NCBI RefSeq assembly: GCF_035084215.1
Contig: NC_090358.1
Coordinates: 11,718,001-11,782,000 of the forward strand
DNA length: 64,000 nucleotides
Direction of reading: 5' to 3'
From: Heptranchias perlo
Taxonomy: Eukaryota
A program made the translations under genes and the position numbers. Below the pieces are notes generated by a model that saw nothing but the letters and a program-made list of their open reading frames with translations, was not told the DNA's origin and ran no database searches. Positions within the stretch are counted from its first letter, which is position 1. Each line of letters begins with the position of its first letter. Positions 36,819 through 50,870 of the stretch are shown here, piece after piece.

Positions 36819-36974
36819 GTATGGGTACTATGGATGACTTCAGAGGAAGTATGGCTGCAGGAATGGGCGGAAACATGGGAGGAATGGGCGGAAATATGGG
36901 AGGAATGGGCAGCAACATGAGTGCCATTGGAGGGATGGGCAGCAGCGTAGGTGGAATGGGAAGCAATATAGGAG
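36819..36974 (+). CDS. MYEF2: MYEF2 exon 13 (Gly/Met heptad-repeat exon)
   Basis: tgcag|MGTMDDFRGSMAAGMGGNMGGMGGNMGGMGSNMSAIGGMGSSVGGMGSNIG|gtaagg; 156 nt, open frame, strong splice sites. Confidence 0.85.
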
Positions 36975-37688
36975 GTAAGGGTTCTATTTTTTAATGGTTG
37001 AGGTATTATAATATGTTTAGTACTTTTATGGATTGTGGTCACTTTGGCTTCCAGGTGGTGTACTCATTAATGAATATCAAACATATAATAAATCACATTA
37101 CTTGGTTCCTGCTGTGATTCAATGAGTTTATCCACTGAATAGCTGAAATGAAAACCAAGATCATCCCAGATTCTATCCATGGTCTGTATGGAGTTAACTG
37201 AAGGGGGCTGTGCCAATTGGTCTTAGTGCCCTTAAGTTTATTTTTTGGGAGAAATGGGTCAAGAGTTCCTTCTCCTCATCACTATCCAGCAACCCTCTGC
37301 TGGAAGTGCCCATATGGATATTTGAGGAGGACAGAATCAGGCTTCGTTATGGTGCATTTGAGTATCTTCTGGAACTGATGAATTAAGGACTTATTGTCAT
37401 ACTGTATGATTGATTTCATGGGACTAATTATGAAGGGCAGGGTTAACCTTGTGCCAGCCTCAGGAACTTTTATATATCTGATGACCTCTAACGTTTTCCT
37501 TTTAGTGTGAAAACTATTCTGTAAACAGAACTTAAATGTGTGTACAAGTGGGGAAATCCCTCCTTGAAGCCTTCTGGTTTCTGCTGCAAAAATATAACTT
37601 TCAAAACTTCACTTAATTTCCTGGTGAGTTTTTTTGAATCTGCTTTGCTTTTCAAAACAAGATCATTACTTTTATATTTTTGTTCCAG

Positions 37689-37802
37689 ATATGTACCGTG
37701 CAGGAATGGGGTCTACTGGCATGGGAGGCAGTTTTGATCGAGAATTTGGAAGAAGTGATATGGGAATGAACCGTGGCTTTGGGGACTCATTTGGAGGAAT
37801 GG
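37689..37802 (+). CDS. MYEF2: MYEF2 exon 14
   Basis: tccag|(D)MYRAGMGSTGMGGSFDREFGRSDMGMNRGFGDSFGGM|gtaaga. Confidence 0.92.
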
Positions 37803-39476
37803 GTAAGAATAAGAAGACAAACTTTTGTGTGATATGATGTGTAGTTCCATGACGTGGATATTGCTTGTCAAAATTAAGGCTAAGCAAAGGATGCACCATT
37901 TAAAATGTTCTTTTGTGACTCATTTGGAGAACCCAACTTTTTCAAAGGATTCCTTCCTCTTTCCTATCTTCCCCCACCCCATTCCCATACATACCCAAAT
38001 TTGCAAAGTTATCGTCATAAATTATTTTGGCTACATCATTTACTTGAGGGTTCAGTGTGACTCTTTTGAGGTATCCAAGATTGAGAACTTAAGATATGAG
38101 ATCAATTTTATATTTGCTGAATAATTTATAACCTCTCATTTTGTGAAATGGGAGTGGAGAGTGTGGCAGGGAAGGGAAAATTTGTCATAGCTGGATGAGA
38201 AGTGTAGACAACTTCGTGGCGATCTAGCTTGATCCATCACTTTTTCTGTTAGTGTTTTGCAAATTTCTAGCCATTTTCAACAAGCTTGTTTTGTCTGATA
38301 CATGTTCCTTTGTGTGTAATGCTTGAGTTGTAAGTGGGTTTTCAAGCAAGATGGGGAAAGATTGTGAAGATGCTACAAGTTGAAACCTTAAAGGAATGGT
38401 GTTTTGCATTGTTTCTCTAATGGCAGCTTTATCCTGTTCTATGAACTGAATTTCTTTTTTTAAAACAAAAAGTAATAATTCTGCTAAAGCTGACTAATCT
38501 TTTATAATGCAGTTGAACAAAAGCAGATATGTCATCTTGGCTGTTAATTATTTCTGTAAGATGTATTGGAAAGGAAATACTTCCAGATAATTAGGAAAAT
38601 CAAAGTTGTCAGGAATTGTTTTTTAATGTTTTGCTTTTGTTTTTTAAATTATATGGGGAACTGGGTGTTATGGTGAGTTAGATACTGAGACCTAGGCTTA
38701 AAGCCCACCTACACTATGAAATGCATGTTGAGTGCTGCCCAATGTGGAATGAATTTGGCAGCCTTAATCCAGTGCCCAGTGGATGTGGCACACAGCACAA
38801 GGCTTTCTGAAATTGGCTTTGTTATTTATGCTCATGGCTGGGGGAAGTGAAAAATGTCACACTGGTGCGGCAGGGCTGAGGGACATTGATGTATAGAAAA
38901 GGGAGCACTTGATACCACACTGGATGTCCAAAATGGAATATTCCATTTCCTAGCACTAATATCTTTCATCTTGCTGTGTACAAAAATTATCTTTTGAATA
39001 ATTATAGATATTGATGGTTGTTTGGAATACTTTTGATTTCAATAACTTCAGTCAGTAAAGTTCACTGGTTGAAAATTTCCATTTTTCAAGCATTCCCTTT
39101 CATCTAATTCCTTTATGCAGTGCCTATCTGAAGAAGCCGTGCACTTCACACTGTTGATGCAACTCACGTCTGTAGTCGCAGGCTTCTGTGGAGATGAAAA
39201 GTTGAATTAAATTCCAAACGGCCTTTTGTTTTACCAAATGGAGTACTTGGAAAACATTTGCTGCCCATGCCATGTGCTCACTTCTTATGAGATGGTTGCT
39301 GCAGAGATCTAGCTAGGGGAGCTGTCTTATGCAATTTAGCAGGAATGTTTGTTCATCTAATTTCAATGTGTTTAGAGGAGTAAATGCATAGCCTTTGCTC
39401 AAAGACTAATGGCTGCAGTTTTTTTTTAAGTGAGTTGTCTATAAATGGAAAATATTTGTTTTTAACTCCCTTTTAG

Positions 39477-39560
39477 GAGGTGGAATGGGTGCAGGTCTTG
39501 GAGGAAGCATGGGAGGTGGAATGGGTACTACTGGCATGGGCCCAATGGCATCTGGATTGG
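39477..39560 (+). CDS. MYEF2: MYEF2 exon 15
   Basis: tttag|GGMGAGLGGSMGGGMGTTGMGPMASGL|gtaggt. Confidence 0.9.
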
Positions 39561-40939
39561 GTAGGTTTTATTTCTTAATAGTTCAAATGTTTAACATTTT
39601 GAATGGAGTTATCACAAGATATGTGGTGGACAAAATATCAAGAACTTTTTTTTTAAACTGCTTCCTGTGGGAGATGATGCAGCCCACTTTTGCTGCCATT
39701 GCTTTTAAACAGATGCATTGGCTGTAATTGCAGTAATCTCATTCTAACATGTTCCAATTTTGGGACTATTGGTGGTGGGGGGATGATTTTGAAGTATTGG
39801 GTACCGTTTTAATCCACTTACGGATAACTTGGTGGCTTGTTATCATAACTAGCATTAATCCTGTTGAAAATATTTTGCATAGAAATCTTGTCTGGTGGTC
39901 TATGCGGTTTGGGGGTTGGAACCTGGATTTGAATGCAGCCCATTCTGGCTTTCTCTGTATGCAAAACCTTTACGAAACCATAGGTCTACTGAAAGCTGTC
40001 TGTTATTCATCACTAATTGGAATTTTAATCAGAGACAAGAATGGCTCAAGTGGAAAATGAAAAGTTCTCACCACTACAATGGAAAGTGCCTGTGAGGTTG
40101 GGGTTAAGGTGCATCGTTAGAAACATAGGAAATGCGGTGCCTAAAACTGAACACGATACTTCAGATGGGGTCTGATCACAGCTCTATACAACTGAAACAT
40201 AATCTCCTTCCCTTTTGTATTGAGATAAAGACCAACATTCCATTAGCCTTTTTGGCCCCAGAACAGATCCTTGGGGGATACCACTTGTCCCATTTGATTC
40301 AGGGAGTTTCTCTTTGTAAAAGTCTTGATTAATAACTTGCCTGGAAATGTTTCATGCCAATCATATTATATTTTCATACAATCTCTCATCACCCCAGAAA
40401 CGAGCCTGTCTGCTGTACGTGATACAGCTGAGGGCCCAAAGATGACCCAATTAAGAAATGTTGATTTGTGGCAAGTGTGCTGTTGAGTAGCCACATTGAA
40501 ACATCTTGTTCAAAACTCAGAGACTTGGTTACTGGTTCCTTTTGATTTGGTTACGTCATGAATTTTAGGTGGTTTTTATTCATTTGAGTTGCCTATAGAA
40601 GTTCATTTCATAAGGTGGTTCTAACTTGACATGATGTGGCTCTTTCTGAACAAGAAGGGACATAGAAGAAAATGAGCAACTTGATTTGGAGGATGACACT
40701 TTAAAGCCTTCAAAACTATTGCACTGCAAGGTCATTTTCTCTAAACTAATTTTGGGTGTTTTGATGCAAGAGTTCTGGTGGAGTGTACACAGCATTGCAG
40801 CTTATTTACTTCAGTTTTGCTGCTATATTAATTTTGAAGCAGCATTGAAAACCTTGATACTTCGCACTTTGATACTACTCCACATGGATATTTGTGCAAT
40901 AACATTTGAGTGCTTATATGAAGCACTAGAGTACAATTA

Positions 40940-41330
40940 AGGAAAGAACTTACATTTATATGGTGCCTTTCATAATCTCGATGTCCCAAAGCGCTTTACA
41001 GCCAATGAAATACCTTTTTGAAGTGTGGTCATTGTTGTAATGTAGGAAACGCGGCAGCCAATTCCACACAGCAAGGTCCCACAAACAGCAGTGAGATAAT
41101 GACCGGTTAATCTGTATTTTAGTCATATCGGTTGAGGGATAAATATTGGCCAGGGCATAGAACTCTTCTGCTCTTCTTTGAATAGTGCCATGGGATCTTT
41201 TATATCTACCTGAGAGGGCAGTAGTTTAATGTCTCACCTGAAGGAGGACACTTCTGACAGATTATGTGCTCAAGACTCTGGAGTGAGGGCTTGAATTCAG
41301 AAGTGAGAGTGCTACCACTGAGCTGAAGCT
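40940..41330 (-). mobile_element. Deu-domain SINE
   Basis: Reverse-complement homology to 3047-3463. Confidence 0.8.
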
Positions 41331-41403
41331 GAATGTAAGATAATTTGAAATGTGTGATTGAAAAGCCAATTTTTTTTTTTTGTTGGTCTGTTGTGCACCA
41401 TAG

Positions 41404-41624
41404 GTGGTGGAATGGCAGGTATGAATAGCATGGCAGGAGGCATGGCAATGGGTATGGATCGCATGGGTTCCAGCCTTGATCGAATGGGAACTGGAATGGG
41501 ATTAGGACTCGACAGGAGTATGGATATGGATCGTGGATATGGAAGCTTAAACACCGGATCAATGGGAAGTGGATTAAGAGACCGTGGAAGTGGCTTCCGA
41601 GGCTGCCAGATTTTTGCAAGAAAT
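41404..41624 (+). CDS. MYEF2: MYEF2 exon 16
   Basis: catag|GGMAGMNSMAGG...MDRMGSSLDRMG...GCQIFARN|gtaagt. Confidence 0.94.
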
Positions 41625-41710
41625 GTAAGTAGCAATTGGCTATTTCTAAAGCTTTTTTATATTAAAACAAAAACACACACAAATACCAATTGTAAATATT
41701 TTGTTTTCAG

Positions 41711-41762
41711 CTTCCATATGATCTAACCTGGCAGAAACTAAAGGAAAAGTTCAGTCAGTGTG
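41711..41762 (+). CDS. MYEF2: MYEF2 exon 17
   Basis: ttcag|LPYDLTWQKLKEKFSQC|gtgagt. Confidence 0.95.
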
Positions 41763-41851
41763 GTGAGTGTTTATCTAATCCTGTTATTTTGCCCTAATGT
41801 TATCAATGGTGATATGGGAAGATTGATTTTTCTTGATGTGTTGCCTTTTAG

Positions 41852-42015
41852 GCCATGTAATGTTTGCTGAAATAAAAATGGAAAATGGCAAGTCCAAGGG
41901 TTGTGGGACCGTGCGTTTTGATTCCCCAGAAGCAGCAGAGAAAGCCTGCAGAATGATGAATGGCACAAAGATCAGTGGGAGAGAGATAGATGTGCGCATG
42001 GATCGTAATGCGTGA
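41852..42015 (+). CDS. MYEF2: MYEF2 last coding exon (RRM3 C-terminus)
   Basis: tttag|(G)HVMFAEIKMENGKSKGCGTVRFDSPEAAEKACRMMNGTKISGREIDVRMDRNA*. Summed CDS is 1959 nt = 652 aa + stop. Confidence 0.96.
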
Positions 42016-42299
42016 ATGAAACCATGTGATGTACAGGAAAATACAGCATGTCTGATTAGCTTTATTGTTCTGCTTTTTGTTTTGTACTGAAGTGATTTCC
42101 AACAGCTTTAGTGGAAGCTTACCTGTTGTGTGAGCTACAATGTAATTTTAAGGATTGCCAACCTTTGTAATTGGGTATTGAGACTGTTGTATGTTTACGT
42201 AATTTCTGTTATCAGAATGTCTGATTATTTTTTTTATATATAGTAATTTAGACAACACATCGCTGGTCACTGTTCTGTTTGAATGGATAAACTGTTTTT

Positions 42300-42305
42300 A
42301 ATAAA
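42300..42305 (+). terminator. Candidate proximal polyadenylation signal of MYEF2
   Basis: AATAAA 285 nt after the stop codon; another AATAAA at 43130-43135. Usage unverified. Confidence 0.45.
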
Positions 42306-44541
42306 ATGTTGTCTAACTTAAATTGTTACTAAAATTTGTTACTAGAATTTATTTACAATGCCATTGACAAAATGAAGTTCAGGGCTGTTACAGAATCACT
42401 GCTTAAGGAGAAACACTTTGGCTGTATGAATTTTGCAATTTAACCAATCAACTCTAACTGTACAAGTCTTCGATACATTTTTATCTCTCATCTCCCTCTC
42501 CAGGCACAAGGTCATTGCTGGGGAAGCTCCAGGCCTCTGCTCAATTCTTCATAATTAATGTAACTGAATTTACTGTGTGCTGTTGCTCTGTACTCCAGTG
42601 CATGTGTTGCTTAATTTTTTATTATCCTGAGACCCTATGAGACTAACTTCAGACATCTCTCGGCCTGTGCTGATATCAATTTGGCGCTCCACAAACTGAT
42701 ACCTGCTATTTTGAATTATTACAATTTTTGCAGTGTCAAACTTTTACATGTGGATGATAACCTTGATGGTTGCTTTGGTTTTGGCCAAGAGTTGGTGAAC
42801 TCTATAAAGCATACCTCAATTACTATGAAAGAAGCTGCTCTTGGACCAATTCTTCCTGAGGATATTAATTTTTGTTTACTCTTCACAGAAAAATTCCTTT
42901 TTTTAACCTACTTTGATCTTGCAGAATTGGATTGTAGATTTGACTGTGATTGCTTCTTGCTTTAACTTCCACTGACAGGACAAGGCCATTTTGCGAAGCT
43001 AGAGTTGATTGAATCTCATGGAAAAGTGCATTTTAAGCAGTGGCTAATATACTTTACACTTAGAGTTTACCTGCTTACAGTACAAGCACACACTAGGGAA
43101 ACTTCTGGTAGTTAATTTAGGAGAGATTCAATAAAACTGCTACTCGACTGTCTCATTTTTACCTGAAACTAGGTTGCTTCCAGGAAGGATTTGCAGTTTT
43201 GAAAACCTGACCTTGTCTGAAAAGTCCACCTCTCTTGAGGGTACACTACTAAATAAATTCTTAGTGTTGTATGGAGGATGTGACCAGAGGAAAACTTCCA
43301 GTTATGAATTAAGCTAACAATTTTTTTTTGAGTAAACTTCTCTACCTTGATCAATTTGCCTACATAAGTCATTGTTCCAAGCACTTGAGACCGTTTGAAA
43401 GGCACTATATAGAGCTGGTTATCGGTAGGAGTAATTCTAGAGCACTTAGGAGGAATCAGTAGGATTTGATTCCATGATATCCGATTCTCTTTGTCTTCCC
43501 TTTCCCGACATTTTCCTTTTCCCCAGAAGTAAAAAAAGGACAAATGCATTGAACAAACATCACCCCGATAATACATAAGTAATCTTTCTGAAAGACAGAA
43601 TAAGCTGCTTTGTGATGTGAAAGGTGCTTATATTTGAAGAATGAAAGTCTCTAAGGTAAGTGAGTTTTTTTTATTTGGTAATTTTTGTTCAGTTTTGAAC
43701 AGGTTATGTAACCAAGGGTATCAAGGCCATAAAAATGTATGGATTAATAATGTGGAAGAAATAAGTCCATCAACTCCTTGGCTATGCAGGGTTTATGTTT
43801 TACTTTGGGTTGGCAATGGGTTAGGTTGTTTAAATTTAATGACTTTTAAATAGCTATAATATATTCAAAATTGGAAATGCAATACTGTTAATGTTTTGCA
43901 TTCATAGGTCTAGAAAAGGCAATATAATTGCATTTTGTTCACTGTAAACTTTCTCACTTTGTAGCCACATGTTATTGCATTCAAAGCTTGCAAATGCTGA
44001 TTAGATTTTAAAAGGTTATGAATTCTGTACTATTCATCTTAGAGCAATATTTGTTCTTCAACTACTCTTGCCTCTTCCTCTTCTTTCCCCTTCTCTTCCC
44101 CTCCCCCCCCCCCCCCCCAATCCCAAACAAATAGTATTTCCATATTGATCGAGATTTCATGAAGCTGAAAGCAAGTTCATGTGAATTACCTTCCTGGCCC
44201 CTGAGTAGGGCTGGAATATTACTCCATTCCAGTTTTTTCTGGATGACTTTTGAAAGCCTTTTTTGACCAAGCACACAATGAAACATCAGTTCATGTTAAA
44301 TATTAGGTACCAATAGAAACTGCTGGTATCACTTACAAATAATAGTTTCAAATTGAAGAAAAATTTTAATGATTTCTTGTGTACATAGTTTAACATGTGC
44401 AATATATTTTGAAAGTTGTGTAGAGTATGGAATAATTTCCATTTCTTATTGGAACCCCTCTAAACCAGTACTATTGCTTGTTAAATCAGATTCTTGTATT
44501 CATAAAATTATGTCCACAATCCAGAGCTAGTCTGTAATCAA

Positions 44542-46195
44542 TAACTTGCATTTACATAGTGCTTTAATGTAATAAAACATCCCAAGGCGCTTCAAGCGGA
44601 ATCAAACAAAAATTGACACCAAGTCGGAGCTGTTAGGATGGGTGACTAAAAACTTGATCAAAGAGGTAGGTTTTAAGGAGTGTCTTAAAAGTGGAGATCT
44701 TTAGGGAGGGAAATCCAGAGCATGGGGATTAGATGGCTGAAGGCATGGTCTCCAATGATGGGACAAAGGAAGTGGAGGATGCACAAGCGGACAGAATTGG
44801 AGTGACAGACAGTTTTAGGGCTGGAGGAGGGAGGAGTGAAGCCATGGAGGGATTTGAACACTGGTGAGAATTTTAAAATTGAGGTGTTGATTGACTGGAA
44901 GTTAATGTAGCTCAGCAAGCTCAGGTGAATAGGATTTTGCTGTATCCAAACTGAGTTTTGGATAACCTCATGTATGAGGAGGGTGGAAGATGGGAGGCCA
45001 GCCAGTAGAGCCTTGTAAGAGTCAAACCTGGCTGAGGCAGGAGTGGAGACAGGTGATGTTATGGAGGTGGAAGTAGGTAGTCTTGTGATGGACAGGACAT
45101 GGAGTCAGAAGCTGCAAACAGTCTCATTCAGCCTGAGACAGGGGGCTGGAATCAGTGACTAGGGAACGGAATTTATAATGGTGGCCGAAGACTGTTTAAT
45201 GGGAGGAAGTTTTGGCTTATCCAGGACCGGGTGTCGCATAAGTAGTCTGCCAACGCAGGCAGTGGAGGGGGTCGAGAGAGGTGGTGAACTGGAGCATAAA
45301 GGTGGAACCTGACATCTTTGGATGATATCACAGAGGAGCAGCCTGTAGATGAGCAATGGGAGGGATTCCAGAAGTAATGGCATGGGGACAGGAAGAGAAA
45401 CTGTTGCAAGAGATTCTCTGGCTACGATTGGAACCACTTAATTGGATAATGGAGAGGTGTTGGAGGCAGATGGTGTGGTCAACTGCGGCAAAGGCTGCAG
45501 ACAGGTCAAGAAGAATGAGGAGGGATAGGGCATCATGGTCACTGTCAGAGGCTGTCATTTGTGACTTTTATTAGGCTGGAAACCTGATTAGGGGTTCAAA
45601 CATGGAGTTCCAGGAAAGGTGGGCATGGATTTGGGAAGAGGCAACAACTCATTCAATGATTTGAGAGGAAAGGGAGGTTGGAGATGGGATGGTAGTTTGC
45701 AAGGACAGAGGGGTCAAGGATGAGTTTTTTTTAGGGGGGGGGGTGGGGTGGTGAAGGAGGCATATTTGAAAGGGTGGGGGACACTACCTGAGCAGTGGGG
45801 AGTGTTTCCAATGTCAGCAAGCATGGTGTCCAGGAAGGGAAGTTAGCACGTCAGCTGTTCAGTGGGAATAGGCTCAAGAGAACAGGAGGCGGGTCTCATG
45901 AATAAGATGAGCTCGACAAGGGGAAATGGGAATTCGGGGCTATGGCAGTGGGTGGTGAAGGGAGGGATCCGGCTGATGTAGGTGAACGGATGGTCTCAAT
46001 CTTAGTGACAAAGAAATCCATGAGCTCCTTGCACTTATTGGTGAGAGTTAAGGGGGCAAGGGAAGAGGATTTTAAGATGGGTGGCAATGGAGAAAAGAAC
46101 TAAGGGGTTATCTTTTTACTCCAGGATCGTCTGAAATGCAGTGAGCAGTTCTGGCAGTAAAGAGCAGGGCCCAATAGTGCTTGATGTGGTCCTCC
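44542..46195 (-). mobile_element. Degraded L2 LINE between the MYEF2 and SLC24A5 3' ends
   Basis: 'LSLLILLDLSAAFAAVDH' RT remnant; L2 3' end at about 44545. Confidence 0.82.
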
Positions 46196-46301
46196 TATAA
46201 TGTCAATAAAATTACTGAAAGGAAAAGGGGCAAAAATCAAAATTAAGTTTCATCTTTGGTTACTTACAAATGTCAATTACACTGTAATTTGTATTTCAGT
46301 A

Positions 46302-46621
46302 TTAGTTGCATGTCCTTACGCGAATGTTGCCTAGTATTCCCAGTTCATTTAGAATTGAGATGGTGAGAAAAACTAAATAAGCAAACAAACACGCTGCTCC
46401 AAGTTTCTTATCCAGTTTCCATCCATTAATTTGAATGGCCACAAATATGAAGACAATGGAAAGGAGAAGAGAGGTAGTCGTGTAGGTCAGGCCACTGCTG
46501 TTCACTTTTATAGGCGACGCTGTGTCAACAAATACAGTTTTAACAAACCAGGGCACACCTAGACACAGCATATCAAATACATTGGAACCTACAATGTTCG
46601 ACATAGCCATGACTCCTTTGC
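46302..46621 (-). CDS. SLC24A5: SLC24A5 (NCKX5) exon 9 (last)
   Basis: cccag|(G)[25 protein letters not shown]...GWKLDKKLG...RTCN*. Confidence 0.96.
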
Positions 46622-46679
46622 CTGGGGGAAGAAAAATATTTTATTCATTACAATTCTAGTAAAGCAATCAAATTTCAAT

Positions 46680-47440
46680 AGTGCATTTATATAGCACCTT
46701 TAACTGATGTCTTGCAGCGTTTCATAGAAGTATAATCACACAAAAATCGACACTGAGCCCAAGGAAGGAGATGTTAGGAAGGGTGACTAAAACCTTGGTC
46801 ATATAAAGGGCCTTGGAAGTGAAGAGGCAGAATTTAGGAAGGGAAATCCAGAGCTGAGGGCCTTGACAGCTGAAGGTATGGGGTGAAGAGTGGGGGGATG
46901 CACAAGAAGCCAGGATTTTTAGGAACACAGGGTTGTAGAGGTGGACAAGGCCATGAAGAGACTTTAAACAAGAGGATGAGAATTTTAAATGTGAGGTGTT
47001 GGGGAACCAGGAGCCATCTAGGTTAGTGAGCATTGGTGGTGGGTGAGGTGCAGGGTAGAACAGGGACAGCTGACGTTTATGGAGGATAGAAGGCCAACCA
47101 GGAGACTGTTGGAATAGTCGAGTCCTGATTAGGTTTTTGGCAGCAGATGGGCAGAGGCGGAAGTTGGCGGTTTTTGTGATGGAGCGGATATGGGGTCAGA
47201 AGATGCTGAGGTTGTGAACTGTCTGGTTCACACGAATGATCGGCAGGAGTATAGAATCGGTGGCAGCAACGACTGGCATTTATATAGCGCCTTTAATGTA
47301 TTAAAACAGCCCAAGGCGCACAAACAGTATGGAGTTTGTAACGGGGTTGAAGATGTTGGTGTTTAACAGGAGGAAATTGCGACTCGGAACTGGATGTCAG
47401 ACAAGTGATCTGACAACAAGCGATGGAAGGGTAGAGAGGG
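46680..47440 (-). mobile_element. Degraded L2 fragments
   Basis: L2 3' tail and ORF2 remnants homologous to the other copies. Confidence 0.7.
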
Positions 47441-49731
47441 GTAGTTTTAGAGATGGAACCAAAGAAGTCAGGAAGTTACTATCCCAATTGGCCAAACTCC
47501 TTTGAAAAAAATTATGATCCTTGCTGTTTATTTTCATTTGGAAAATTTGTTAGTCACTGAATCTAAAGCAGGGGTGTCTATAAAGTGTAGGCCCTGGAAA
47601 TCTGGTCCTGAGCCCAGGCAATTCAGTTCTATTTACCTATGTTTCTTATTGGCTTATTTGTTTTGAATTTTGTGGGCATGGAGGTTTGAAATGGCAGTTG
47701 CCTCATTGGTGGATAAATCCTAAATTAGAACACTTGATGTGTTATCGGTATGTATGGAAATATGTTTAAGCTTTATAACGTGGCCCTAAAGAAAAGAAGC
47801 TCAGATCACTCAGGTTCTCAGACACCAGATTGTGGAAACTACTGTGATAAGTACTTCTCTTCTGACTTGGGTTGGGTGTAGTAGTATTCAGCATATGCTT
47901 TTCTAGCATTGTGACTTTGATATTTATATGTATGGCTATAGTGCATACTCTGGCCAATTTACTCAAACAGCTATCCAAACTGTACTTCTATTTGAGCTGA
48001 CCTACCAAACAGACTACTCCTTACTGGAGCATTCATAAAGTCTTGTATTTAATTATTGAACTCTGCATTATGGAGGCTTAGTCTCAAATCTGGAAGAAAT
48101 TGAGCTAGCAGGACACAAACTTTCAACAAACTCCTGTTGCCTTGTTTTCTCTACCATCTTTCTCTACCATACAGTCACAGTAAAATTTATCTTAACTATA
48201 TTTGTACTGTTGACCCAAAAGAGCTGATCTACCAACAAGCAGGTCTTCATAAAATCAGTTCAAATAGCAGGAAATGTATGGGGATTACTGGTTGCATCAG
48301 CTTATAGATATTAATTAGTGCTAATATCTGCCAAAGAAATAGCACCAGTGGATGTAGAATGATGAGCCTCAATTTAAAAACAATTAAAAACAAGCCTCTT
48401 TTCCAAATTTGAAAACATTCATAAGTTAATAGGATGTAGAAGACCAGACCTATTCAATTATAATAAAAATGTGGCGTTGAGAGTAAAATCTTAGACGCCA
48501 ACGCTGTACTGCTTGAGGACATGAAAGGCACTATATAAATGCAAGTGAAAGTGTTTGATATTCCAAATCCACCTAATGTTACTGACAGAGTAGGCAATAG
48601 CACAGTTAGTGGAATCTTTTTGTAGGGAACAGTGCCACCAACAATTGTTTTGCAAGTAGCAGATTCGATAAATGCATATCTAAATCCAGCTCCAAGCCCT
48701 ACCTAGCCACTTACTTATTTCCCAAAGACACAGATCTCCACACTAAGTACAAGGTAGAAAACTGAAACTGGTGCCACGTGAACACATACCAAACTTTTCA
48801 GTCCAAATACTGCAGGATATAGTGTCCATGCTGTGATTGTTGCATTTAACTTTCTTTCCTCCATAAGGTCCCTTCTCTAATGACTTTCCTTGCACCCCTT
48901 CAGTTCTTCGGTGTGTTGCATCCTGTCTGTTTCAAAATGGTTTAATGCCATCCTGAAAGAGCAGGTTTAATAAGTTAAGGCCAGTCCCAGTACCCCCCCA
49001 CATCTTAAAAGGAATGCTTTCTGGGATTGTTGTATGGATGCAGTTTGCTTTCCATATGGGTTCCCCACTCAGGGAATTCATCAAACCTATCTGCAGAGGT
49101 GTACATTGTGGATGAGTTAAGCTTGTGCAGTCATTGTACTGCTGTGAGCTATGCAGGAGATGTCTTTGGGAATAAAGCAATATGTTCATGTATTAATCAG
49201 TGTTTACAATATATAAAAATGTAATCACTTAATGACATGGGATTTTTAAAAAAAAATAAAGATCCACCCTCACAGAAAACCTCCAACTTGTTGAAACTGC
49301 AGCATGTGAAGTCTCAGACTTCTGAAAAGGTCTGAATGGTTCTAACTTTGATCTCACCCAGGTTGTCTAAACACCTGAGCTCTCCCATTCCTGCTTGCTA
49401 TCCACTATCCCTGCTCCATGTAACATGTGGAAAATGTGCATTGAGGACAGAATCCAGGGCAGCTTCTAATGGTACCTGCAACTGAATAGCCTGTTGACTC
49501 ATTAACATAAGTGGCCACTTAAGTGAGGTAGTTAGTACCCATCTTTAAAGATTTTGCATGCCATTAAATGTTCTTTACTAGTTTCACATTAAACCACTAA
49601 CAATCTTAAACATATCTAGCATTAAATAAAAATTAGTCTTATCAGTAGCACATCAACATCACTAACTTTCCCCCTATTTTTTTTTGCAGTCTCTCCTACT
49701 CTTTCCTCTCCATTGGTTTTTATACATATCA

Positions 49732-49989
<258 letters not shown>

Positions 49990-50649
49990 TTAAGACTGAC
50001 CACAGGATACATCCTACATCCAGTATACAAGTTCTTTACAATTAATAGTTAAAAGGTTTGATGGGGTGGCATGTGATATTTTTGCTGAGATTATAAAACA
50101 AACTTTTCTGATCCACAAAGGCAGTTGATACCATATACTAAACTTAACACCAAGGCCCACATTTTTTCTACAATAGCTTAAAGAGCAAGGCCATAATTAT
50201 GTTCACACTTCTAAATTAAATGTACTCATTCAAGTTTTATAATAAATTCTCAAATTATGGTGATGTAATTTGTGATAAGACTGAGGTAATGCTTCATATG
50301 GCCCTGTCATACACACACCTTTTACCAATGTAGCTCTTTCCAAGCTAATTTACAGCAGAATAGTCAGGTCCAAAACAGTTTATATAATATGCTGTTAAAA
50401 CAAAGCTAAACCAAAAATGCTGGAAATGCACAGCTGATTTGATCCTCAGTTTAAAAAAAGTTAACATTTTGGGTTTAGGTCCTCAAATGAAGGGCCTACA
50501 CCCAAACAGTTAACCCTTTCCAGTCTATTTACAGAGTACTGCAACTGGCTCTATTTCCAGCACCGTTTTTAAACTATATAAAATAACCACCTATACAAGG
50601 TTGGCTGCATTAATGCACCCCACAATGGCTTGATAAATATTTTGTGCTG

Positions 50650-50870
50650 AGAGTACTGCACGTTCAGAGGTGCTGTCTTTGGATGAGATGTTAAAGTAAG
50701 GCCTCAGCTGGATGTAAAGTATCCCACAGCACTATTTGAAGAGTGGCAGAGCGCTTCTTGTGCTTGGCCAACTTTATCCTTCAACACCACCAAAAATATT
50801 ATCTGGCCATATCTCAAGCGCTTTGAGACATCCTGAGGTAATGAAAGGTGCTATATAAATGCATGTTTGA
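50650..50870 (+). mobile_element. Deleted Deu-domain SINE
   Basis: Central and tail segments match 3140-3450. Confidence 0.65.

Noticed and set aside
21754-42015. Calling the 3-RRM gene HNRNPM
   Set aside because: RFHPY, the GCG microexon, the terminal RMDRNA, the short linker and tail-to-tail linkage with SLC24A5 fit MYEF2 better.
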